From Lama glama (taxonomy: Eukaryota), in the NCBI GenBank assembly GCA_028534125.1, contig CM052817.1, positions 37,016,001 to 37,080,000 on the forward strand: a DNA stretch of 64,000 nucleotides. The letters are read 5' to 3'. Below, piece after piece: positions 11,333-24,354 of the stretch. How positions within the stretch are numbered: position 1 is the stretch's first letter; each line of letters opens with the position of its first letter. The position numbers and the translations under genes were made by a program. The notes under the pieces are model-generated. The model saw nothing but the letters and a program-made list of their open reading frames with translations. It did not search any database and was not told the origin of the DNA.

Positions 11333-14300
11333 CTGCTTACCAAAGAGAAAACATCGTCAAGAAAAAGTAATTTATATATTCATTTCTTTTTCAGCAGAAC
11401 TCTGTATCATCAAGTATTCTTACTAAAAATAATCTTAAATCATCATTGTATTAGGTGGCCAAGTGAATTAAAAACTAGAATATTCCAAATTTCCCAAATG
11501 CCCAAATTTTAACCAAGTTTCTAAATTTTAAGTAGAGGAATCAGTAAGAAAGTTTTTCTCTTTATGAAGTAAAACTATTATCCTTAAAAGAAAAGAGTTC
11601 ACATTAAATAACCATGAAACCTCATATCAAAATTCCTGAGGGATTAGAGACTTAAATTTTAAAAAATGAAAGAAAACAATTATTGATGACTCATTTTATA
11701 GCTTTAACGTAACTGGACTTTTCTAAGCATGATACCAAATCAGAAACCAAAATATGTATAGCTACATTTATAGGTACATATAAACACATTTTATTTAAAA
11801 TATTTATCAGTATAATTATCAAAAATTAAAACAAATGCTCTCAATCACTGTTGGCAATGTAAATGGCATGTTTCTGTAGGACAATTTGATAATGTTTAAT
11901 CACAAGTTTTTAAAAAGCAAATGTTCGGGGGTAAAGTATAGCTCAATGGCAGAGTGTGTACTTAGCATGCACGAGGTCCTGGGTTCAAGTGCCAGTATCT
12001 TCATTAAAAAATAATAATAATAAGTAAATAAACCTAGTTATTCTCTCAAAAAAAACTGCATTAAAAAAACAAACAAAATATTAAAAAACAAACAAGCAAA
12101 AAGCAAATGTTCTTTGATGAGCATTCATTCAACAAATATCAGAATCTCTTATGCACCAAACTCTGTACTAGGCACTAAGGATACAATAAACAATTCAGCA
12201 CTTCCACTTCAAAGGATTTATCCTAAGGAAATAAAGACAAACCTATTGAAGTACTCAAGGCAATATTATTTATAATCAAAAAGAAAAATACGGATATAAC
12301 CAAACTTTCCATCTAGAAGGCACAGATTAAATAAGACAGCTGTGCAGTGGACTCCCATTTAGTCATTGAAAGTGAAGCAGACCTATAAAAACTGACATAG
12401 AAAGATGTCCATGATATATTTTTAACTGAAAATTCAAGTAACAAAATAGAATGTACAATGTGAGCCCATTTCTATTTTAAAACCAGCTATACAAAATTTG
12501 GAAGAAGCTAAATCGAGATGTTAACAATGGTTATCTTTGGGAAATGAAATAACTGGTGCTTTAAAATTTTTCCGTTTTATGTCACCTATTTTCTAAATAA
12601 TTCACTATAAACATATATATCCTCTATCTTTATAATGGTTATCTTAAAATAATAAAACAATACAGCTATTTCTTAAAAGAAAAGAATCTAATATTTTAGC
12701 ACATAGGGTTCTAAATCCCAATGCTAAAATGACAGCTCTTTGTGTATCCTCATTGCAACTACAACATCCAATTGACAATGGAGAACAAAAATTAAAAAGT
12801 AAACCTGAATCTAAAAGTTAAATTAAAATATCTGATTATCTAAATAACAATGTCCTCTAATAATATGCTCTTTATCGGCTCTAATAATGTCTGAAAAGCA
12901 TCCTTCCCTCTGGTTACCTAATAAATTACCCAAAACAAAATTCTAAAAAGTTTAAAGTTTACAGTCTGACATGTAAAGAGCTTGGAAGTCATCACTCCTA
13001 TCCTAACAAACACAAAAAATTTGAACAAACTGAAAATTAACAACTCTTCTTGGATCCATCAGAGAACTGAGGTCACAGGGCACAATGACACCCTGAAAAC
13101 TGGAGAGAAAGGCCAATAATGAGAATCACAACTTACTGGAAACAGAAGCCCTCCACTGGAGTCAGCCAGTGGTAGAAATTTTTAAAAGGTAATTGACTAC
13201 TTTTTGGAAATTGATCTGTGAACTAGATTGAGAGATAAAATCTCCTAGAGGCCCTGTCTTGGGATGGGTGGATCACATTTTCATGAGTTTTACCTCCAGG
13301 TGAAGACTGGAGAAAAATTCCCACTTGCTTCCAACAGAGAAAGGGAGAAAGTAACCGTTCGGAAATACACCCAGAGCATTCTGCACTTATGGAAAACTAT
13401 TTCACCAAGTCCCAACCAGCCTGGGGGAAGGGAAATACCCAACGCTAGCCTTCAGGTCTCACCTAAGGAGTGTGAGGGTGGAAGGAGGAAATTGACAAGC
13501 AGATGTAAAGGTCACAGCCCGGGGGCACAGGCTCACTGAAAGACTAAGCCTTAATCACTGGGTTCTCCTATGATTCTCCTCCCTCTACACGTCACCACTT
13601 CATCAACAGGGTTTCCATAAAATAACAGGGGAATACAACTGAAAGAACTGTATGGCTCAGACCTTATTTAAGTAGTCTCTAGGGAAACCCAGAGATAACA
13701 GAAGAGAAGAAAACAAAAACAAAGCTGGAAATTTTAGCCTACGACACCTACAATCACGGCAAATAATAAGCACTGCCTAACTCCTAGTCAGGTAAAGATA
13801 AAACCTCACACTAAAGGTCTATTTGCCTCAGTCCCTTTTACTGTATACATCATGTTCATCTTTCAAAATAACTAAAAGTCCTGCTAAAAGGCAAAAAGCA
13901 CAGTCTGAAGAGACAAAGCAAGCATCAGAATCAGACTCAGGTATGGTAGAGATCTGCAATTATCAGATCACAAATTTTTTTTTAAGTATAGAGAGAGAAT
14001 GAAAGGGTGAAAACAGTGATTTGAACCACTACATAATCAACCTCTAAAGGATCACTGTTCTTCCAAAAATAAATAGCTAACAAATTTATCATACTTAAAT
14101 TGTAGAGGCCTGCTTCTAAATTATATTTGCATACTTCCCCTTCTGAAATACTTCTTCTAAGTTCTCAATACCAGGATGAATTCTCCTAATACTTTGGCTG
14201 AAGTTTTTATATAGAAATAATGAACCTGGTGCTAGGAGTTTCCCCAAGTTCAACAAGAACATAAAAGTGACACATCTTCCAGACCATTTTATAAAGAAAA

Positions 14301-17300
14301 AACTGAGTCCAAGAGAATAAGTGATTTACACAAATTTACATAACTAAGAAGCCATGGGTAGAACATTCAGTTTTCTAATATGGTACCCTCATTTCAATAC
14401 AGATGAAACAAAATTTTAAAGTATCATCCAATTTAACAATAAAATATGTTTCAAAAGAAGCCAGCCATTCAGTATATAAATTAAAGATCATAATTAATTT
14501 TTAAGATAGCAAATTCCCCCTCTTTTATAATAACAGATTTGATTCCCAGTTACCCCCCTAAAATTTTTAAATCCATAGACCAGAAAAAGCATTCACTTTA
14601 AAGTTTTTTCAATACTTGGTAAGTTTTTTGTTATTGTTTTGTATTTCAATAATGCATGCTTATTTCAAAATTATTTCAAACAGTAATACAGATATAAATC
14701 CCATTTCCTTTATCATAGCTATACTTCATCCTCAAATCTCCAATTGCTTTGTTTTTGTTTTACATAGATTCATACTACATAAACAATTTGACAACTTTAA
14801 GGCATATAATTTTAGTCTATAAATTCAAAATTAATTTTATATGCCACCAGTGGATTAAAGGAAATTAGTTACTGATAACACTTTTAAAGCTTTCTTCTAC
14901 ATATTCTTTTAATATCAATAATTTGGTTTCATATAAATATAATCCTACAGTCAGTAGCTGATTGACTTAATATGCTAAAAAGTCCAGATTTAATTATGCC
15001 CTAGTAGGCTGCTTGACCGAAATTGATCCTCTAATTCAGTTGGCTTAATAAACGTAAGTAAAATTACCTGTTTCATCATGGTAGTTCACAGCTTCTGTCT
15101 CTATCCATGCATTATCAGTGTTTCGAGGATCATCAACATATCCCTTATATATCTGTTTTTAAAAGGAGGCACAGAAAAAAAATAAAGTGTAGGGTGAAAT
15201 AGGAATGGGTAGAGCAGAGCATTTACCTTCAACAGAATCAGAAATATTCTGTTGCCAAACAATGCATATTTAATTAACATTATTCAACTGTACACTTAAA
15301 AATGGTTAAGATGGCAAATTATACGTTATGTGTTTTTTACCAACACGCATAAAAAATGTAAATATCATAGAACCTTTAATGTAGCATCTCATATGCTTGT
15401 TTTAAATTCCAAGGGAATAATATTCTCATGAACATTCTGAGGCAGCTTTAAAACCCACAAAACCCTCAACACTTTGGACTCTAACTTCAGAATCTGAGAA
15501 TAGTCATATTTGGGCCATAAAATTTTTATAAAGACTCTATAATTTAAGTATTTTTCTGTTTTAATAATCCTGTGATTATAGTTTTAGATACACAAAGATA
15601 GATTCTTCTAGTTAAATAAAGATCTATAAGGAACGTTAGTAAAGACTAATATTTCAGCTATTAATACATGAAAAGATTTGGATCTAGCCATCTAACACAA
15701 ATGTGACCCAAAACCTAAACAACATAGATAAATAATTAAGAAATCCTAATTCTAGAAAGAAAACAAAGCAATTCAAAAGAAAATGTATCCTTTTCCTCAT
15801 TATTCGTGCACATATACCTTGTAAAGTGATTTCTTAAATCACAAAGGGTGTACAGACAAAATAGACATGAGACTTAAATGGTTAGGAACCAGAAAAACTC
15901 TAAATAATGTAATTTAAAATGTAAATGTCCTCTCAAAAAAGCTGAATTCATGCATTTTTTTAAAAAAAAGAAAAGGTTTTCTGTTAGATGAGTGAGCTCA
16001 GTGGTACATTAGCTCACATTCAGTCTAAGGAAAAACTAAGAGGAAAAAAATACATTATACTAAGTGATGCAACCAACCTAAAGTTGGGCTATAAAAATTT
16101 AAATAGACATCTATTTACAGTGAAGATCTACTATAATGTAATTTATTCTTATGAATATGTATTTCAAATACACAAGTATTTCACTTTATTCAAAGAATGA
16201 TCTACCAGATTTCCAGGTGAACGTTTAAGTAATTTTCATTAATCCACAGGACTAAATCCTTCTTAGGAACCACCATTTCTTACCACTAGATGTTCCTGGC
16301 TGAAGAGTTTATGCAATTGTTCCTCTAATTCTCTCTTTTCGGCACTGGATTTCTGTAAGGAGTTGAGAGCTTCCTCACCAAATTCTCTTTTCAGTGTGGC
16401 ACTAATCTTCTCTCCTGGATCCACCATCCCCTAAGAGACATTTTTGTAAACAAACAAAAAGTAGTAAGCTCTAATTCAATCAATAAATATTTACTGAGTG
16501 ATGTAGTGGACATATATTGCTCTATCTGTTCATAATCATCTGTGTTCTTCTCTAAATCATTTGTTTCTAGTAGAAGCAGTCTAGAAGGGTATCTCATATG
16601 TTCAACCACAGTAACTGGTTCAAGGTTAGCCTGTGGTAAACTGAGCCAATCAGACTCCTTTCCTGGTATTTTCCAAACTCAAGCCATGGAAGGAAAGGCT
16701 GGAGGCAAGAAAGACTATAGCAAGCTGATACTTTCCCCATTGGCCATTCAATTCCAGCCCTACTGACCTCAAAGTTCCTGGAATGTGCCAGACATACCTC
16801 AGTCTTAAGGTATCTGCCCTGCTATTACTTCTGTCCAGGATGCTTTCCCCAGATAGCCAATGGTTCACTCATTCACCTCCTTCAGATCTTTACTCAAACG
16901 TCACCTTTTCAGGGAAACTTTCTCTAACCACCCGATTTAAAATTGCAAACTCTCAAACACTTCCTAGTCCCCTTCCTTACTTTAGATTTTTCTTAATACT
17001 TACCACCTTCTAATATACAATAACTTATTTATCTTATATAATTTATTTATCTTATATTATTTGTCTTATGTCTCCCCCACTGGAGTGTGAGCACCAAGAA
17101 GACAGGGATGTTTATGTTGCCCTGTTGTATCCCCAATGCCTAAAATATTAGCTGACAAAAGACAGATACTCAAAATATATTGATTAGATGAATGACTCAC
17201 AAAATGATACTAACGACAACAGTTCCCTGACCAGAATTACAAATGACAATAAAAAGATAAGATCTAATGATGATGTCATTACTGTATTCTGCACTCAGCA

Positions 17301-20300
17301 TGAGTGAAATTTGACTATTTGGCTCCTAATAATTAGCTTAAGCTTTTATCAGTCAGCTGTAATCTTTATTTTCATTCCATTTTTATCCTACAAAGAAAAG
17401 CCATCCTTGGGGATAGCAATATGTGTATAAAGAGTCATCTTCTCATCAAACTATCTCCATTTCACAATATGGCATAAAATATAAAACCCTCTACTGAACG
17501 TATACACATTTTTAACAGCCACTTGAAATATACTATTGACATGGACTCAATAAAAGCATATTCTTCCTGATATTATGGAAATTTAAAAAACTATAAGAAA
17601 TAGTAAGTAATAAAAGTTATCTTTTTATTACATCTAAAGTTATCAGAATTCAACCAAAAAATACTAAAAATCTTTTCTTGGGCTTGGAATAGGGGTTGGG
17701 TTCTGAGACAGGACCCAACATTAATAAATATCTAATACACCAGGTGCTTTGTGCACTCCCTCTAATAATCCTATGAAATAGATATGATTATCTTTAAAGT
17801 GAAGGACTGAACTCCATATCACTCAGCTCAAAGTAGAAAGGCCAGAACACAAGCGTAGGTCTAACTCCAAAGTCCATGTTCTTTCCCAAGGGTTTTAGAA
17901 TTAGACTCAGATTCTAACAGCTTTGTTGTATTATCCTACATTTGTTTTGTTTTGTTTTTTTCCCAAATGCAAGAACTTTTTTTCCTTTTTTTTCCTTCTT
18001 TTTATTGAGTATGGTTGATTTACAATGTTGTGTTAGTCTCTGGTGTACAGTATAGTGATTCAGCTATATATATTATATTCTTTTTCAATATAGGCTGTTA
18101 CAAATTACTGAATTTAGTTCCCTGTTCTATATTCAATAGGACCTTGTTTATCTATCCTATATATAGTAGTTTGTATCTGCTAATCCCAAACTCCCAATTT
18201 CTCCCTCTCCCGTTTCCCCTTTGGTAACCATAAATTTGTTTTCTCTGAGTCTCTTTGTGTTTTGTAAATAAGTTCATCTGTATTATTATTATTTTTTTTA
18301 GATTCCACATATAAGTGATGCCATATGATATTCTTTCTCTGACTTACTTCACTTAGTAGGATAATCTCTAGGTCCATCCATGTTGCTGCAACTGGCATTA
18401 TTTCATTCTTTTCTATGGTTGAGTAATATATTCCATCGTATATTATATATAGAGAGAGAGAAAGATAAAGAAATACATATATAGATCTCTCTCTATATAT
18501 ATATCTCACAACTTCTTTATGCAGTCATCTGTCAGTGGACATTTAGGTTGCTTCCATGTCTTGGCTATTGTAAATAATGCTGCTGTGAACACTGGGGTGC
18601 ACATATCTGTTCGAATTGGAGTTTCCTCCAGACACATGCCCAGGAGTGAGATTGCTGGATCATATGGTTAATTCTGCTTTCAGTTTTTCAAAAGGTCTGC
18701 ATACTATTTTCCATAATGGCTACACCAAACTACATTAACACCAATAGTGTAGGAGGGTTCCCTTTTCTCCACACCACCTCCAGCATTTATCAACCGTGGA
18801 CTTCTTAATTATGGCCATTCTGATCGGTGTGAGGCGATACCTCATTGTAGTTGTGATTTTCATTTCTCTGATAATTAGTGATCTTGAGCATCTTTTCATG
18901 TGCCTATTGGCCATCTGTATGTCTTCACTGGAGAAATGTCTGTTTAGGTCTTCTGCCCATTTTTTGATTAGGTTGTTTATCTTTTTGTTATTGTATTGTA
19001 TGAGCTGTTTGTATATTCTGGAAGTTAAGCCCTTGTCAGCTGCATCATTTGCAAATATTTCCTCCCAGCCTGTAGGTTGTCTTTTTGTTCTGTTTATGGT
19101 TTCCTTTGCTGTGCAAAAGCCTACATTTGTCATTGACAGTGACATTTCATTGCAGTGATGAATGACAAAAGAATTACTAACTGAAGTAGGGAGGAATGGA
19201 GAATAAATGGAGTAGAAAAGATCCATAAACAATAACATTATAGTAAGCAAAACAATTAAAAAGAACTTAAAACATAATTTGACTTAACTTTAATGCTTAC
19301 CCCTGGGAGTGCCCATTCTCCACAGTCTTTCCTTTTTATTGCAACAAACTGTAAGATGTTTTTCCCAGAAATAGGATTGGTGATTTTATTTCCACGTCTA
19401 TCCCTTTTCCACCTATAAATAGTAACGTAAGATCATAACTGATTTAGAACAAAGACCAAGGATCTATCTCAAGCTTGAGACAAAATTACAAAGATGTATT
19501 TTTTTAATAACAGAACATACTATTTACCACAAATCAGCTAGTTCTATTTTTAAAAATTGTTTTGTATTAAAAATATTCTTTATTTGTCACTGTTACAAAC
19601 CAAGACAAATGTCCACTTTATGAAAGTATTTTATAGTCTCCATATAAAAATTCAAGATATAAATAATTTTTACTACTTAAAGTACTATCGAAAAATTTTA
19701 AAGCAGAACAGAACTTAAAAGAAAGGTCATAAAAGTTTTTTTTTAATCCAAGGATCCTTTTTAAGCATTATAAGCAGAGAAAAAGATCTGTAATATTTGC
19801 TTTTAACAGTTCATCCTATGTTTTCAGAAAAGCAGATTATATAATACAGGTTCATTTGGTCTCAAAAGGAGTGCTTCTCAATCTTTATCCCCTCTTTTGA
19901 TAAAAGAAATTTTACTCTATCCTTTAATTTTACATTTCAAATTGAATTGTGTATTTTTAAAAGCATCAATGTAATGTTAATTTCAGAATGTGCCTTTTCT
20001 AACCACAGCCTCCTTCCCAAAGATGTTACTAAATCTCCCCTTCTTCCCTACACACCCACCACATCTGCCTCCTCCTGCCCAATTTTACAAATAATTCTAA
20101 TAGGCCCTCAGGCAAAGATAAAGATTTTGAACTTCTAACACTAAACCAAATAAGAAAGCCTATGATCGAATCATTACTCTGCATGAGAGTCAATAAAATA
20201 TACTAGTTCAGAAATGAGTGTCCAAATTTCTTTATATTGTGGCTGAAGACTATGTCTGACCCATAACTCCCCCAAAAGAGCTCAGAGTCTACAGTGGAGC

Positions 20301-23300
20301 TAGACATGTAAGTGAATAAACTGCAAGACAGAGTGACAGTTTGATAAATACAGTAAGTAGAAATGAAAGAACAATTAGTATAAGAAGACAACACCTGTTT
20401 TTAAGAATGCCAGAGAGAGGAAACAAGTTATAAAATAAAATAATGTGTTCAAGAAACTAAAAGTACATTGGGGTGCAGCAATATAAGCACCAGTAAGGGA
20501 AAGATGGAAGATGAGGCTAGAGAAGTAGGCAAAGAATTTACCAAATTCATCTGCTTAGAGATTTTAAGCAGGGTAAAGCCATAAATAATTTGTATTTTAG
20601 GACGCTCTCTCACTCTGACAAAAGTCTTGAAGTTGGTGTGGAGGGAAGCAAGACTGGAGGCAAGAAAACCAGGTAGAAGACTGTTACCATGATCCAGGTA
20701 CAAGACGATCCAGCAGGACTGAAGGCGGAGACAGTAAGAATGGAGAGAGGACAGATTTAACCTTTACTTTAAAAAAAAAAGTTTTGTATCAAAATAGTAA
20801 GAACACTGACATCTAATCTCTTTTTTTATTGACATATACTTGTTTTACAATGTTGTGTTAGTTTCAGTTGTACAGCAAAATGATTATTTTTATATATATA
20901 TTCTTCTTCAGATTCCTTTCCATTATAGGTTATTATAAGATATTGAGTATAGTTCCCTGTGCTATACAGTAGGTCCTCCTTGGTTATCTCTTTTATATAT
21001 AGTAGTATGTATATGTTAGTTGCAAACTCCTAATTTACCCCTCCCCCACTTTTATTTTTTAAAAGTCATTTATATAGCACTCATTATGGACCTAATATTG
21101 TTGTGCTTTAATGTATTTACCCACTTAAGCCTCAAAAACACCCTATAAAGTAGCTGTATTATTGTCTTTATTTTACAGATGTGGAAAATGAGACACAAAG
21201 AAGTAGCTAACTTGCCCAAGGTTGCAGAGCGAAAAAGTTGTATAAATCAACATTTGAAGCCAGGCAATCCAGTTCCAGAATCTGCGCTCTTAGTCACCAT
21301 ACTATTTCACTTAAATCAAACAAATAGAATGCTTATACTAAGTAGGTAAGAGGAGGGGTAAGGCGGCAAATGATGGTTCTGTTCACTCACAGACATTTAC
21401 TGGCACCTACCACACCTCATATGCAAGGAGCTGGGAAAACAAAAGCACAGAGCCCCTGCTGTTCAGCCAGCCAGCCTAAGAAGAAAAGCAAAACAGAGAG
21501 ACATGCTGCTGGGCAAGACGGCAGGACCAGACAGATGATGAACAGCTTGGGTATTATGTTTACAGTCTCAGATGTTATCCTGAAGGGATTCATTTAAAGA
21601 TTTTAAAGCAGAGCAGCTTCATGTTAAAATTTTATCAGTATCAAACGCATTACCACCAAATTTAAAACAAAAATTCTTGATATAACAGAAATAATGTATC
21701 ATTTTAATTAGTAAACCTCATTAACATTTACTAAATATTAATGATACTCCTATGTACTACTGGTATTCCCACCCCATTTCTGATGGTCCATACCTTCCCA
21801 TCTTTAACCAAAACTGGAAAGAAAATGATATTGCCATTATCTTTTGACCTGAGTTTATTCACAATAATACATTAACACTTTCCATCTCATTCTGACTTTA
21901 AAGGACCTAAAGGAACTTGAGGTAACTTCCCATTGTAAATGGGAAATCTCTAAGAGAGGTACCTGGGAATCTAAAAATTTAACATTGTCCCTGGAGATTC
22001 TGAACTAGAAAGTCTGTGAAATTCTGCACTGTACAAAGCTATTTTGCATTATGAAGTACTTGAAAGAAAAGGGGATGAAACCCTTGCTTTAACAGTGCCT
22101 GTGTGATTTTTATGACTATTCAGTAGTGAAATACTGGTATAAAAAAGAAAGCACAATATTTGGAGTCAAATAGCCCTGATTCATATTTCAGATCTACAAG
22201 ATCTAGGCAAATCAATTAACCTCAGTAAGTTTCCATTTTCAAATCTATAAAACAGACATGTTAATACCTACTCTGAGGAGTTTTTATGAGAAACAAATAT
22301 AAAAACTATTCATAGCACCTAGCAGAGTTTCTGGGGTAAAGCCATATTTTTAACGGTTCATCTAATCTTGTTGATTCTTCAACATCCTTCATTCTTCTCT
22401 TCCTTCCGTTTCTACTACCACTCATGTATTTGGAGGGACTCATCAGTTAACATATGTATTACTCAGATAGCAAAGAACATCAACCTAAGAGTATAGCTGA
22501 AAGCTAGACTATGCCACTCTCATAGCCTTAGACCATCTCTAAGCCTTCAGTTCTCTCATTTGTATAATAACAAAATTAAGGTAAAAAGTCTACCATTTCA
22601 AAACAACTTGACATACAATCACCATGTTTACTCCCAGCTGCTATTTGGTCCACCACCGATAAAGACAAGCTAATTAGAGGCTAACTTTCAAGTCTCTGGC
22701 CTCCCTTTTCTGCTTCTTGTTCCTAGCATTCCTGCTTCAACTGTTTCATACCTTCCTGTTTTTAGACAGCCTCACCAAAACTGGAAAGAAACTGAAACTA
22801 TCATTAATATTTACTTATACTATTTTAATTACATTCATTAATAAGAATATATTAACTCTTTTCATCTCATTTAAACCACAAAGTTTCTGAAGGAATTCTA
22901 GATGGGTAGAAGCAGGTTGGCAGGTAGGTAGGTAGGCAGGTAAATGCGTGGGTAGGTGGGTGGAAGGAAGAATGAATGGATGGAGAGAAGATAAAACTGG
23001 GGCGGGGTGTGGGGTAAAGATCCCTTTTGGCAGGAGAAATGAAAGGGAAAAAGAATACAATGAGGACAGTATTGGTGCCTCTTCCAGTAACTTGACAACA
23101 AGCTGCTTTTCCTAGATTTAAACTATGAAATCATTATTATATCCCAGATTAGAGAAAAACAAAGTCTCCTGGAAGAAAGGAAAGCCCTAAAAATATCAAA
23201 ACTAAAAAAGTAAGAATATCGAGGGTATATGCATTATTTAAAGAAGAAAAATGGCAATTACATGTGAGAAGGTAGGTGGTCAGTGAAAAAAAAACCTAAA

Positions 23301-24314
23301 AATAAAAAATAAATAAAAGGATGACAGAGATGATGGAATATTCCAAATGTGTTGGGAATATGATTAAGATGGAGATGGCTAAATCCATCTAAACATGGAT
23401 TCACCTACCTCCTTTATTATGATTCATGCTGACCAAGAAACCTTCTGAATATGATTTGGCTTACCAGACAGATCTGCCTCAGAAGAGAATGCCTTTCCCC
23501 TGTTCTGGAAACTTCAATGGCTACACTTCATAGCCTTTAACTCTGGCATTTAATATTCTCCACAATAAACTGTATAAAAATTAATTTTAAGTTTAATTTA
23601 TCATCCACTGTTCTCTTACAAGAATCTCCTGTTTCAACCAAGCTGGTCTTTTCACTATCCCTCAATACTCAAATAGATATTACTACCAGCCTTGTTCCGA
23701 GGCCTCCTCCTGTCCCCCTATCCAAGCTCCAGTCTACCTCCTTCAAAATGCCTTTCTTGGGTGCTCCAGTTTACCATCATTATGTCCTAATCCAATCTTC
23801 TAATTCTCTGAGGCATCCTGTGTCAGCCATATTACTTTGACACGTTTTCTTATTTCACATTTTCCATCTTCTAAATGAAACCACAGCTCAATGACAAGGA
23901 GCTGAAACTTAGGATTGTTATACTTTTTCATATGCACCAAAGCACTTACTCAATTTTGAGAACAAACAGATCCTCAATAAGTATTTAGTGAATTTAGATA
24001 ATGCCTAACTTATGCAACATAAAACTACAGTTTTACACTTATATCATTATCGTTATAATTTTACATAAAATCCCTTTAAAATAAAGGTTTCATATGTGCA
24101 TGACTGCATAATTATATATACACACACATATATACATGCACATACAGTCAGCTCTCTGTATCTGCAGATGTGGAATCCATAGATAAGGAGGGCCGAGGGA
24201 CTTGAGCATCTGTATTTTGGTATCTACTTGGGGCACAAGGGGTTGTCCTGAAATCAGTCCTGCAGGATACCAAGGGATGACTGTATATACAAACACATAT
24301 ATACATACATACAC

Positions 24315-24354
<40 letters not shown>

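Noticed and set aside
18735..19250. 171-aa ORF on -, and the 162-aa ORF at 33498-33986
   Set aside because: Fragments of L1 ORF2 fused to flanking sequence.
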